DNA of 59,827 nucleotides, the filler included, from Streblomastix strix (taxonomy: Eukaryota): assembly GCA_008636045.1 (NCBI GenBank). It is 3 parts of 3 records of this genome, joined end to end, with 100 filler letters (N's around TTAATTAATTAA, not from the genome) between each part and the next. Parts side by side here need not be neighbours in the genome. Positions count along the whole stretch, not along the records: positions 1 to 19,890 come from SNRW01000475.1; 2 more parts are not named here. One strand, written 5' to 3'. The notes under the pieces were generated by a model. It was not told the DNA's origin. It did no database searches and saw only the letters and a list, made by a program, of their open reading frames with translations. Position 1 is the stretch's first letter. The number at the start of each line of letters is the position of its first letter. The position numbers and the translations under genes are program-made. Of this stretch, positions 1 through 14,053 are shown piece by piece.

Positions 1-106
1 TTCTATATTAATTATATTTAATCTTGACTGGATTGAACATCATTTTTTGATTTATTATTAATTTGATGCTCATCATCTGAATTATCATCTTCGAATTCTT
101 TATTAT

Positions 107-133
<27 letters not shown>
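1..133. repeat. Direct duplication of 3452-3584
   Basis: Near-identical 133-bp sequence (ttctatattaattatatttaatcttgactgg...ttctactcgattt) at both positions. Confidence 0.9.
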
Positions 134-2001
<1,868 letters not shown>

Positions 2002-2066
2002 CTATATAAAAAATATAAAAGAGAATATTTATTGTTTTAAATAAAAGAATCAAGAGAAAATATGAT

Positions 2067-2170
2067 CAGTGTTTTCCCTATAATCATTCAACTTATGCCC
2101 CCAACTTTTTTCAAAACTGTAACATACTTTTTTTAACTACAACATGCTTTTTTTCTTAGGGAAAACACTG
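2067..2170. mobile_element. 104-bp hAT-type MITE
   Basis: Perfect 14-bp TIR CAGTGTTTTCCCTA / TAGGGAAAACACTG; exact 8-bp TSD AATATGAT (2059-2066, 2171-2178). Confidence 0.9.
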
Positions 2171-2943
2171 AATATGATAATAAAGTAAAAAAATGTTATA
2201 TAGTGAAGTTCTGGTAGGATATGTGTTTAGAAAATGTTAATTATAAAATATAGTAGATATTTTAAAATGAAAAATAAAGAGATAAAAAATGAATATAATT
2301 ATAAGCTCAGTTTAGAGTTATAAGCAGATTTTTCAGAAAAAAATGTTCGAAAGTTTGGAATAGTTAATGTGCTTGAAAAAAATGACTTACGATCTAGTAA
2401 ATTTTGCAAGACAATATATTTTGACACAATATTAATTAAAAATATCATATAATTATTACTACAGAATGTTCTCAACACGAAAATAAAAAATAATAAAATG
2501 TTATTTTATGCAGATACTATGCGAGCCCTTATATCAATAATTTTACAATATTATTTTTTATATCAAAATAATTAAAAAATAAAAGGTGTTAAAAGTATTT
2601 TGCTTTCTACAGGTTAAATTTTTAAGTCCAGTACTTTTCTTAAGTTCAGTAATTTTTTTGAACATGTTGTTTGAATTTTGGATATTGTTTGTTCATATAA
2701 AAATATAAATTGATTATAATTGATAGAAAACAATTATAACTCTCGGGTCAAAGAGAAATATCAATCGAAAATTAAAATTATAAAACTTCCATGTTTAACA
2801 AAAATGATGAATTAATTTTATTTAGTTTTCAATTACAACTCTTTATTTTTTCAAAAGTATAAATATATAAACAAATTATTCAGTGAAAAATGAATTATAA
2901 AATAAATAAATAATATTGCTTTGTAGTGGAAACACAAATAAAC

Positions 2944-5206
2944 TCATATTCCAAAGAAGTCCTTCATTGATTTGTCCATCACACTTTTCTTGCCTTTTGA
3001 TGATGAAGAAGATCTTTAAAAAGAAGAAGAAGAAGATTTGTGAAATGTTTATTAGTTCCTGAAAGGAGATATGCTTTATCTACTTTTAGAATTACTTTCT
3101 TATTATATTTCAATTCTTTATCTTTTCACTCCTTTATTCTAATTATCAAATGTTTAATTACTCTTCTTTTATTAATCATCATTTATATCATATTCATCAT
3201 CTCTCTTCCTCTTAATCTTTCCTATGAATGAATATTTATCTTAATTTGACTTATTTGACTGCTTTTCTGGTTTATTATGAATCTTTTTCATTATTAGCCT
3301 ATTTTATGTTTTATTTGTCCTTTCATTTCCTATTTGTGGAATAATTGTCGTTGATTTCTTATTATTTTCAACATTCAATACAAGTTCATCATCTTCTTCA
3401 TCTTTATTATTATCGCCAATATCTAAATCATTTTCTTCAATGTATTTATTATTCTATATTAATTATATTTAATCTTGACTGGATTGAACATCATTTTTTG
3501 ATTTATTATTAATTTGATGCTCATCATCAGAATTATCATCTTCGAATTCTTTATTATTCAATCTTACTTATTTCTACTCGATTTTCACAAGTTTCTATAA
3601 TTATTTTTCTTTTCTCCTGTTTTCTTCATTTATTTCAATTTCTTATTTGTTCATTTTATTTAAATTAACATCAGAATCAGATTTCAGTTTTACATTATTT
3701 AATTATTTTTCTTTCTTTATTTCTCTTTCTCCCGACTTTTCATTTATTTCTCTTCTATTTTCATTCGTTATTCCATCAATATTACAATCAGACATTAATA
3801 CATCATCTTCATTATTTCTTACATTTATGCCAATCAAATCTGAGTCAAAAACATCTCCCCAAATATCTTCATCGACTAATTACTATAATTCATCCAATTA
3901 ATTTGATCCATTATTAATCTCAGTTTTCCCTTCAAATCTAACTTACTTATTATCAATAATCTAACTCTTTTAATTCATTTTTACATTCTTTTCCTATTTT
4001 TACTTCAAATGTTCATAATCTTATTGTTTTTCTCTTTATTTCTATCTTTCCATCCAACCTCTATAAATTCCCCAATCTAATCCTTCTCCTTAATCTTTTC
4101 TTCCTTTTTATCTTCTTTTCTTGTTTTTAACCCAAAGAGAATGAATTTGCTTTTATAGATCTTATTCTTCTTAGTCTCTTTCTTATTATTGACTTTATAA
4201 TATAGAATGTAGTAAATCAATATCTTTTAATGATTTATTATTCTTATTGGATCTTTAATTTGATGCTTTATTTTCATCTGAATATTCATCTTCATCATCT
4301 TTATTATCAATTCTTTGTTTATAAGCATCTTTTTCAATTAATATTTTAACATTCTTCAACTTTTCTGCTGTTTGTTTTGCAAAATCATTTTCCCAAAGTT
4401 CTTCAATTAATCGATACAAGCACATGATTGCTCTTCCATTATCTAACTATTATATTATTATTATTAATATAGGAATAAATATAGTAAATAATAAAATAAG
4501 ATAAATTAATATATTTATACTGTATTATTCATCTCTTCCTACATGTCTTTACCTATTTAGTTAATATAATAATAAATGAAAGAATATTAAAATGAAAAAT
4601 AAAATCAATTAATTATATTATATTATTATACCGAGAATTCTTTTCACCATCAAATTTAATCCTTCTCCTTTAGAGACAGATTTATCTCTCAAATATGGGC
4701 AGATCTAAATAAATAGAATTAAATAATAAAAAATTACAAGTAAGATTATTGAAATAAATCAATTATATAATACAATAATTCATTAAATGTTATAATTATT
4801 AATATACCTAAATATCTCGGAGCATGCAATCTGGACGATTCATATTAAGAATTTTCAGACAAGTCTCAAGTTAATAACCAACTAATACTTTCCCATAAAT
4901 CAATGAAAGTGCTTTTGCTCTGACAACTTGATATTTAAGTCTTTAATCTTTTTGATCTTCAGAATTTGAATCATTCTTTACTTTTGAATCAAGAAGAACA
5001 GCACCACTGTAATCTACAAGGCTTATTTTGGAAAGAGAAGTTTTAGATCCATAAGTTTCTTCTGATTAAACAAATTCGCAGCTTATTGCAACTATTTCTT
5101 TGTATGGTAGACCATGTGCAATAAATTCGGATCTGTTATTCTATGATGTGATTTCCTAGATTAATTGTAGCTGTTTCTTACATTCCTGATCAGAAATGTT
5201 CTCCAT
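2944..5206 (-). CDS. REX4/ISG20-like DEDDh exonuclease-fold protein, catalytic residues substituted, long charged C-terminal tail (4 exons)
   Basis: ATG 5206. IVAISCEFV, SKISLVDYSGAVLLDSKVK, GKVLVGYQLETCLKIL, LRDIQ and NNTLDNGRAIMCLY parallel the REX4 motifs xALDCEMV, LVGHxxxxD and HDSVEDARATMxLY. TGA at 2944. Confidence 0.7.
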
Positions 5207-5783
5207 TTTTAAACTGAAATAAATAATAAAAAATAATGAATAACTTTGATTGGCAAATTCAATAATAAGAATTGAATAAAAAAATAAATTTCTGATCAAT
5301 TAAGAAATATTGTACGGTTATAAATTATATTTAGGAAAAAATAGGTTTAGATATCATTTTATGATATATTTAAACAAAAAATATTATTAGAGTAAATCAT
5401 AATAAGAAGAAAAATGTAGATTTAAAAAATATATTCATCATCAAAGTTTATACAAGAAAATTTATGAATTAATCAAATTTAATTAATAATAAAATTAAAT
5501 GAAGTTAAATTCTTGAATTAAATTAATAATAATAGTAGAAGCAATTTGGTTTGTGCAAAAATCAGCTTTCAAAGTTTAGGCAGCAAATCCACACTCAGAA
5601 GTTATATTGAACATTTTAATATAATTTGTTGATGAAAGTAACCAATTATCTGTTTTATTTTGCAGACGTACTTTCCAAGGCTTGACAAGCCGAGATAAAT
5701 TGCTGAATATTTTTTTAATATTTCTGACTCGATGGATGTATACTTTTATTTTTTAAGTATTTACTTTAATTAATGATTATTTC

Positions 5784-6746
5784 ATGTTTATTTCATGCCA
5801 GTTATTTCCTAGATCACAACGCGGGAGGTACAGAATCTGCGTATCGTCTGAAAATTGGAAAATAAACGAAAAACCGAAGGACAGTACTTCTGTTCAATTT
5901 GAACGTGCACTATAGCTGATTGATGACACTGAAAAGTAGCGAATTTTGAAGTTTTTCAGAATCGAAGACAAGAAATCGGCGCTTCTTGGTAGATTAATTT
6001 TGAATTCGATGATTTGCTCAGCAACTGGAATTAGCAACAAAGATCTTGTTTGGCACCGAACAGATAAAGGCAAGCCATATATCGATTAAGAATGTTTAGA
6101 GAGTAGCATTGAATACGAATCTGTTAAAAATATAAGCTATAACATCTCGCATAGTGGAAAATGGGTAGTTGGAGCAAGCGAATTGAATATACCTGTTGGA
6201 ATTGATGTGAATGACATTGGACTTCGGCCGAACTGCAAAATTGATTTTGATGCGGATGATGCAACAGAAATGGAAGTTAATCAACCTATTGTGAAGAAAT
6301 ATCTGAAAAACTTCTCAAATATTTTCTCACCATTAGAAACCGAATAAATGAAAATGATTAGATTTGAATCAGCATAAAGATAATTATAAGAGTTTTCTCG
6401 ATATTGGACATGCAAAGAAGCATTTGTGAAAGTGAGTGGAGAAGGATTCGGATTTGATGTAAAACGACTTTCATTTGACTTTTCACATCTTCCTATTCCT
6501 GAAGAAACTAAATATGAAATTCCAGATTAATTAGAAGGAAGTAAATAGAAAATCAAATTAAATGTTGATAATAAAGATATTTCATATGATTGGGACTTTG
6601 AAGTGTTTTAATTGGACAGAAATCACCAATGTTCAGTTGCGTTGCATGTTTATGGACTTTCTGAATCCTAACGATCTTCACTTCATCCAATTTCACTTCA
6701 TTTAATTACACCACTTCAATTGATAGAGTTTCTTGAATAATAATGA
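5784..6746 (+). CDS. AASDHPPT: 4'-phosphopantetheinyl transferase (Sfp/LYS5/AASDHPPT type)
   Basis: Uninterrupted 320-aa frame with TAR=Gln: GKPY, YNISHSGKWV, VGIDV, WTCKEAFVKVSGEG. Confidence 0.9.
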
Positions 6747-7229
6747 CATTTATTTAAAATAAAATAAAATCTCAAATTAATAAGTTAAATTATTGCTCAT
6801 TTATTTAAACAGTAGTTCCGATTTGTTGTTTTATGATTGATAACTTAAATGAAATATTTGAAAAATTAGTAAAAGTCTGATATTTCTATTTAAATATAAA
6901 TTTTTATTCATTTTTATTTATTATTCTTCATCCATTTCAAATATTTATGCGATTAATGTGCAGTTTATTATATTTATTAGAACAGAATTTGATATAGAAA
7001 CAGTTCGAATCCCCTTTCAAGACTTTTGTCATTGTTTATAATTGAAAGGGCTCAAATGTACTTTTTAAAAAAATGGAATGTGAAATAAGCAACTATTTAA
7101 GGAATATACTCATAAAAGAAATTTATTCCAATCATTGTAAATACTTAAATAGATCATAATTGATCAATGTACAACTTTATTAGATCACAAAAAACTCAAA
7201 CACTAATAGGGTAAATGACAAAATCGCAT

Positions 7230-9419
7230 TCAATCATCTTTATGGTATATCAATTATGGTTATCTTCCATATCCATAATCAATATTCTGCGGATTGGAAG
7301 GTTATTGAGGAGGCAATATTGGATAAGGTGTAAATGTATCTGATGCTGGAAGAGGAGGAGCAGAAGGTTATTAATGTTGTAGTTATTATAACTGAATTGG
7401 TTGAGGAAGAATATATGGTTATTATAATTGTTATTGTTACTGATATTGAGGAGGAATCTATTATTACACTGGAATATTTGACTATTGATGGAGATTGCTG
7501 ATATCTGATTATTTTTGGACAATTATTACAACTGGTTGTCCATTTCCTTAATTTGAATGTTGATTTGCATTGATTGGATTTATAACCATTGATCCTTCTT
7601 CAATTGATCTCATTTGTTGGTTCTTATTTTCATTTGATTAATGCTTTTCCTTATTTGGAGATATTGAATGCAAAATAAGTTTGCAGCAGCAGCAACAACA
7701 CATTACAACAACTAATATGGAAAATCCAACTCCAATGAAGACTATCATCAAAATGGCCCAGGTTGATAAATCTTCATAATACAAACTCGATTCATCAATA
7801 ATCCATCCATATTAGCATCCGTATTCATTAATGCATACCCGAGGTTCTATACTATTGGAGTAGCACTCTTCAATTGTATCTTTGCGGATTTACATAAAGT
7901 TCACTTCTTCACCTTTAATCCCAATATTTCCAAATTATAAATCAGATCCTTTGATGTTATCCATCGCTTTGTTGTTCTCAAATGATGAGTCTTTGATATG
8001 AATCAGCGTTGTATCTTTTACGAATATCGCTCCACCTCCTTCGTTTGAATATGCTAAGTTACTCATAAATGATGAATCTCTAACATTCAATCTATCAGAT
8101 ACAGAATCAATATAAATCGCTCCTCCTGATCCAGCTTAACATTCATTAATGATAATATCTTTAATCAATGATTCTTTGCTCCAGTCTCTTATTAGGATTC
8201 CACCTCCCTTTGATATTGATTGGGATGAACTTCCATCTACTGAAACTATAACTTATGCTTTTGATGCAGATATTTAAAGATCTGATAAATGATTCTTACC
8301 TCCTTCTAAGTAGAGTGAACCTCCTTCTGCAACTTCAGTGTGGTTTGATATGCATCCTTAGAAAATACTTCCTTTTATGATATGTTCACCTGAGCCCACA
8401 ACATAGATACCGCCTCCTTTACCTGAATTACTAATACATCTCTTAAATTCACAGTCTTCAATATGAAGTTTTCCATTACTTATAAAATTGATTGCTCCGC
8501 CAAACTCTTATGATATAATGTCTTCAAATACAACATCTTTATATTCTGCATCTCCAGATATTACAGATTCTCTATCATTATTCTACGCTTTATCAGATGA
8601 ATATTTCATATTAATGCAATTCTTAAAGGAGGAATTAATTACTTGAAGATTCCCATTTCCATTCATTCCATTTACTATACAACCAATAAGTGCATTCTCT
8701 ACATCTGTGAATGTACAGCCTTCAATATGTATATTTGTTTATCCAATGATGCTGTTATCTGTATTAGGAATATCACTATGCACAACAAATAATTGATTAA
8801 ACTTGCAGTTTGTAAAAGATATCTTTGTTGCATCTTTATCTCCAAAAAGTGAGGTTCCTCCACTTATTGCCATTCTTTCAATAGAAGTGCCAATAACATG
8901 CAAATATCCACCAAATTTACCAAACTGTATAATATTTGAAGCAATCCTATTATTTGTTTCTTAAAATTCAAAGTTCAGATTAGCGAGAACAAGTTCACCA
9001 CCATTTACTTCAAAGCAATTTCTTATCATAGTGGTACCAATGAGTGTGCTATCTTAAAACAATACAATAGATTCATTCTCAACAATTGAGACATAATGTA
9101 CATCACTCACTGCGAATCTCAATTTCTGCAGAGAAATATGAGTTGTTTTTCCAGAGAAGATAGTTTACTTAGTTTACCCAGTTTCTTCCATAACAATTTC
9201 AGTAAGAGCAGATCCTTGAAGTGAAAATTGTTTATGTGTTGCATCAATACCATAAGTAGTATACACTCCGTCATCTAATAATACATGCTGGCTGGTTTTA
9301 TCATTTGTTCTATCTTTTGACAATTCCAAAGCTGATTCAAGAGTTTTTGGATACGTTTCTAAACATTAAAGATCAGAACATAACAATATCAGAACTGTTA
9401 CAAAGAAGACTTTATGCAT
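7230..9419 (-). CDS. Type I membrane surface protein with right-handed beta-helix (pectin-lyase/Pmp-like) ectodomain
   Basis: 729-aa single-exon frame. Signal peptide MHKVFFVTVLILLC; repeated GGAI/GGGI motifs; TM helix near 7700-7770 followed by a Cys cluster; Pro/Gln-rich cytoplasmic tail. Confidence 0.8.
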
Positions 9420-10451
9420 TATTCAAATTAGTGTGAATGAAGATCAGTGTAGGGTAAGATTTATTTAAATATCATTTTTAATTTTTTATGGGTCTGAAAT
9501 TTAATTGATTTAATTTCTTATATTCGGAATTGCATAATAATTATACAATTAAAATTTATAAAATTTATAATAAAAACCAATCCAATTAGAATTATTTTTT
9601 TAATTTTAATTTTTTTTCCAATACTGCATATATTTAAATAAATGTTTAATTGTTTTTCTGAAATAAAATTATTGGAATGTAATTTGTTAGTAGTTTAAAT
9701 TTTTTTAAGATTATTAAATATGTTATAAAATTTTTGACTTAATATTCTTTTTCTACCTTATTCCAGAATTGAATTTTAATTTGAAATGTTCTATTATTAC
9801 TTTTAATATATTTATTAGTGTTGGCTTAAAACACTGTAAAATAATTTGCTGCGCGTGTCTAAGCGTATTAAAAAAAAACCTTAAAACGCCTTAAATTCAT
9901 GAAATTTAATTTTTAATATCATTTTTGTATTGATTGGTATTAATTATCATGAATTAAAATGTTTATTTAAAGAAATATATTTTTCTGAAGAATTAAATTG
10001 AATATTGATTAAAATCAAAGCTTGGCTTATATCGAATTCATTAAAAATTATTTTTTGCAATTTTCATTTGATTCTCAGCGACTGTCAATAATTAATATAA
10101 ATAATTTCAGTAATTGTGCTATGAAATTTGTATCTAAATAAACAAAACATAAATTAATATTTGATACAATTTATACAAGAAATGATAGCACAAACGCAGC
10201 TTTTTTAAAAAATTACAATTTGTATCAATTTTTATTCAATATTCAAAAGATTAAAATATATTAAACAACTATAATTTTATTTATTATTCACAAAATTTAC
10301 AAATATTTACATATATGAAAATAAATACTCCCATTATTACTGAAAAATCTAAAAAGCGCTTAAAAGTCCTGAAAAAAACGCTTAAAAATTCTGCAAAAAG
10401 CGCAGTAAAGCACTAAGCATTAAATTCTTTATGAAAATTAAATATTTTTTT

Positions 10452-10946
10452 TCAATTCATTGATTTCAATTTATTCTTTTATTTATTAATTTACTTTTAT
10501 GGTTCGATATGCTATTCCTTGATGAATTAATTTTCAGTTCTCAATTTAATTAGCTCTTCAAGATCGATCTATGGAGTAGTATATTTAATAGTGGGTTATT
10601 TTAAAATTGCTTTAATCTTCTTTTTAACGACTTGCTTTGCAAAGCTAGCTTCACTGACAGGAACTTATATCTCTTCTTATTCTTCTTCACTTTCATCATT
10701 ACCAACTCTGTTGGCGACATAAATGCTATCATCTTCTTACATTAATCTTTCGTCATATTTTTATTATTTTATTATAGTCATTTATAGTAACTTATTTTAC
10801 TATGCTTTTGTTAATACTTTAGGTGCCTTCTAACCATCTTCAAATATCTTAATCTACTTACCTATTTACATTAAATATCCACCAGTGAAGCTTTCAAATG
10901 TTGTACCAGTTTCTTTTAATTTTCTTAAGACTTATGATTTGTCCAT
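10452..10946 (-). CDS. Element A hypothetical protein (164 aa)
   Basis: Open with TAR=Gln: MDKSQVLRKLKETGTTFESFTGGYL...; TAAATG start. Confidence 0.6.
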
Positions 10947-10977
10947 TTATCAACAATTAAATTTTTAACCGTTTTAA

Positions 10978-11658
10978 ATGATTTCAAGCATCGAGAGGAA
11001 TCAACTGCGTATGAGTAAATCAAAGAAATAAATAGAAGAGATGAAGAAAGAGTTAACGGAAGAAGATAAACTTAGATTGTAATCGATTGATTAAGCTCTG
11101 AGAAACTTAGCCTAAAGGCCAGAATCTACGAATATATCAACTCCATAATAAGAAAATAAATAGGATATTACCACTTAGGATGAATTTAGACCTAAGAGAG
11201 TATATAATAAAAATAAATACAAAGAAGTAGAACGAGAGACTGCTTAAGTTGAACCAGAGGAAGTAGTTAAAAATACATCCTTAGTACACCCTAATCTAGA
11301 GGTCCTTAAATTCGTTATCGATTGTATATGGAGAGTAACTACATAAAGAATGCGAGGAGATGATTTTATATTGAATAGCGATAACTTCATTAAATTTTGG
11401 TCATTGATAACATAAGAAATCGAAAATGATATTGAATTGGTATTAGAGTAACCAGTAATGTAATCACATTCATGTATAGTAAAGAAATATAAGAAGAAAG
11501 ACCTTGTTAGAGTAATGGATGTATTAATTAAAAATGTAAGCATTAGCGTACTGGATAATGTGCTGTGGAACTCTGTTGAGAAATTATATCGCGTTAACAA
11601 AGACTTCGTTAGACTATCAGATAAGCCATAGTCAGAAATAGATATAAATGAATTCTGA
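10978..11658 (+). CDS. Element A hypothetical protein (226 aa)
   Basis: Open with TAR=Gln: MISSIERNQLRMSKSK...FVIDCIWRVTTQRMRGDDF...INEF*. Confidence 0.65.
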
Positions 11659-11677
11659 GCATTTATTTTTTAAACAA

Positions 11678-12436
11678 ATGGAATCATTAATCGAACCAAC
11701 TGAAGAGGATATAATCAACATGTAAAAATAACTGTAAGAGATATAATAAAAATAGGAGGAAATAAAGTAATTAGAGAAGCTATAAAAATATTTAACGTCT
11801 TTCATTGATACTGAGATTATTAAACTGTTTACTTACTTTAGTTAATACATGAAAACTATGAATGTTAATACATCCAATTTAATGGCACTAGATACTGATC
11901 AAACAGTAACAGGATAAAAATAATTCACACAATCAATATAAGCTTATTAATTTATAAAAACTAATGAAACTGGTAACTAATTACTTCTAGCTAATGGTGG
12001 CACTATTGATAAAGATTAATTAAATTATGAACCAATTGAGAATGCACGTTATCAAGCAATAGCCTATGGAATGTATGAACATTCAATTTGGGGTAAACTA
12101 GCAACATAAAATAGTAGAGTATATATTTCTCTTCAAGTAACTCATTCAGATCCAAAAACATTAACCGAATCAGGATATACTTTATTATCAATCATTGATA
12201 ATGCCATTAAACCAAAATTTAGTGGAACATAACATAATATATCATTAAATGCAGTTATGTTTGCGTAAAATGTATATGGTTATCTAATAGATTGGACTGG
12301 TGCTATACCTATTGATTGTTGTATAAATCCTAATGGTTATGTTAAAATTAATACAATGTGTTAGCTTCATTTACCGGATGATTTTTGTATATAGGATTGC
12401 AATTAATATGCTATTAATAACTAATCAATTAGCTGA
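11678..12436 (+). CDS. Element A short fibre/spike-like protein (252 aa)
   Basis: N-terminal coiled coil, then DQTVTGQKQFTQSIQAYQFIKTNETGNQLLLANG (same motif as DQIIIGIKTFGQIIAQSIKKINGTNQQILLADG in the element B fibre), then a beta-rich head. Confidence 0.6.
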
Positions 12437-12577
12437 TCACCCATAAATCGAGTTCCTTACTTCCTCGCTAATCTCTTCATTATCAATTGAAATCTATTAT
12501 ATTGTTAATATACAACCTAGTAGATTGTTAATAGCTATAATCATTAATGAAACACTATTAATTATTTCCCAGATCAT
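12437..12577 (-). CDS. Element A small single-TM protein (46 aa)
   Basis: MIWEIINSVSLMIIAINNLLGCILTIQQISIDNEEISEEVRNSIYG*; TAAATG start; its stop abuts the stop of the convergent gene. Confidence 0.45.
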
Positions 12578-12660
12578 TTATATCTAAAAATAATAAACTG
12601 AAAGTCTAGACTCAAAAAGTATCAAACCACTGGTTTTCATATCAAACTAGTTTGATAATG

Positions 12661-13690
12661 TCATTATCTAATTATTTCAAATCATTAAAACCACTTATTG
12701 ATAACAATAAACTCATATTTATTCAATGTACTATATAATATCATTAGCTCTTACTCCATTAATGTGTTTATATTATTCTCATCATAAATTTATTTCAAAT
12801 CACTCTCACCTAAATTAACCTCAAGCACTATTACATGACATAATATTCGTGCAGTTTTGAACATGCATTACATTCATTAAGCAACAAAGAATAGTTTTTT
12901 TTGACTGTCTACTATCACTAACGAGATGAGTTATTGTGCGAGATAACTATGAAGTATATCTTTATATATCTGTATTTGATCCAATATCATCAAAGATCAT
13001 TAATGTAGATAATAATCGTGCATTTTATAGTATAGGTAATTTTAGTGTTTTAATTATTGATACTCCATCTTCATCTACTTCTTATGTGTCAATTATTTTT
13101 AGTCTATTCTCATAACTAACATTTTGAACTAATGATTGGATAACATATTACATCAGCCTACTTTGTAAGCTATATTCGTTAATTGTTTCAATACAATAGA
13201 TCTTAAATTACTCTTTCATTCTAGCTGTAAACTATTAATATGACTCATTTCTTTTAATTTAATTTTCATCGAACATATTCTATTTAAGCTGTTTAATGTA
13301 ATCACTATTGTACTTAATTTTCATTTGCATTAATTTCCAATAGGTATATATCTCTTTAACCTTGTACTTAATCTTATCGAATTGAGGTAAGAACATCATC
13401 GCATCATCATAAGTTATGTTATTAATTGCTATATTTTTATCATTCATATTTAACGACATACTTTCATCTGGTCCAAGATTTGAGAAGTATAGTATATAGG
13501 AGTTAATTATATGTTTATACAATACAATTAGTTTACTCATTAATGTTGTTTTACCACTTCCAACAGTTCCTACAATATAATGGTTTGTGTTAAAAAGGAA
13601 GATAGATTTAGGCGTTAATGGACGAGTTTTATATTCATCTAACATATTATAGGTATCAAACTATATTTGCTTTATCTCTGATAGACTCAT
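12661..13690 (-). pseudogene. Element A DNA-packaging ATPase (A32/FtsK-HerA-like), disrupted
   Basis: Walker A IVGTVGSGKTT, Walker B LMIFDDIG, SDSRQ, FVAQ, KTAR. Frameshift in the T-run near 12895-12902; in-frame TGA at 12874 and 12682. Confidence 0.85.
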
Positions 13691-14039
13691 TTTAATTGGT
13701 TTAATTAATCAATTTTAAAGTAATTAGGTATCGATAATGCTAAACTAATTTAATATCCTTATTGTCTATCGCTAATTATACTAACTAATACAACTCATCA
13801 ATCGTATATTAACTCCAGTGTTTAGTCTTATTCATTTTACGATGATAGAAGAATTTAACAATATAGATTATAATACTAATCAGGATCACTATCACATCAA
13901 GATAACTCCTTAGCTTTATAAATACAATGATTAATTCTTATGCTTAATCAGGTATAGATAAACTTATAACAGATAATAAGAAGTTAGCTCCATAGAATAT
14001 ATAATTGAATATTGTCATGATTAATGAGATAAGGTTCAT
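13656..14039 (-). CDS. Element A two-TM membrane protein (127 aa)
   Basis: MNLISLIMTIFNYIFYGANFLLSVISLSIPDQ...YLDVIVILISIIIYIVKFFYHRK...HWSQ; clear homologue at 23044-23412. Confidence 0.75.
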
Positions 14040-14053
14040 TTAAATTAATATAA

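Noticed and set aside
7003..7050. GTTCGAATCCC (tRNA T-arm/B-box) plus a 9-bp hairpin
   Set aside because: No cloverleaf or A-box can be built upstream; insufficient for a tRNA or ncRNA call.
9820..10430. AAAAGCGCTTAAAA-like repeats as a TIR or MITE
   Set aside because: No convincing inverted partner or TSD found by eye.
10574..10584. AGTAGTATAT as the left terminus of element A
   Set aside because: Lies inside an open ORF with no TIR-like non-coding sequence following.
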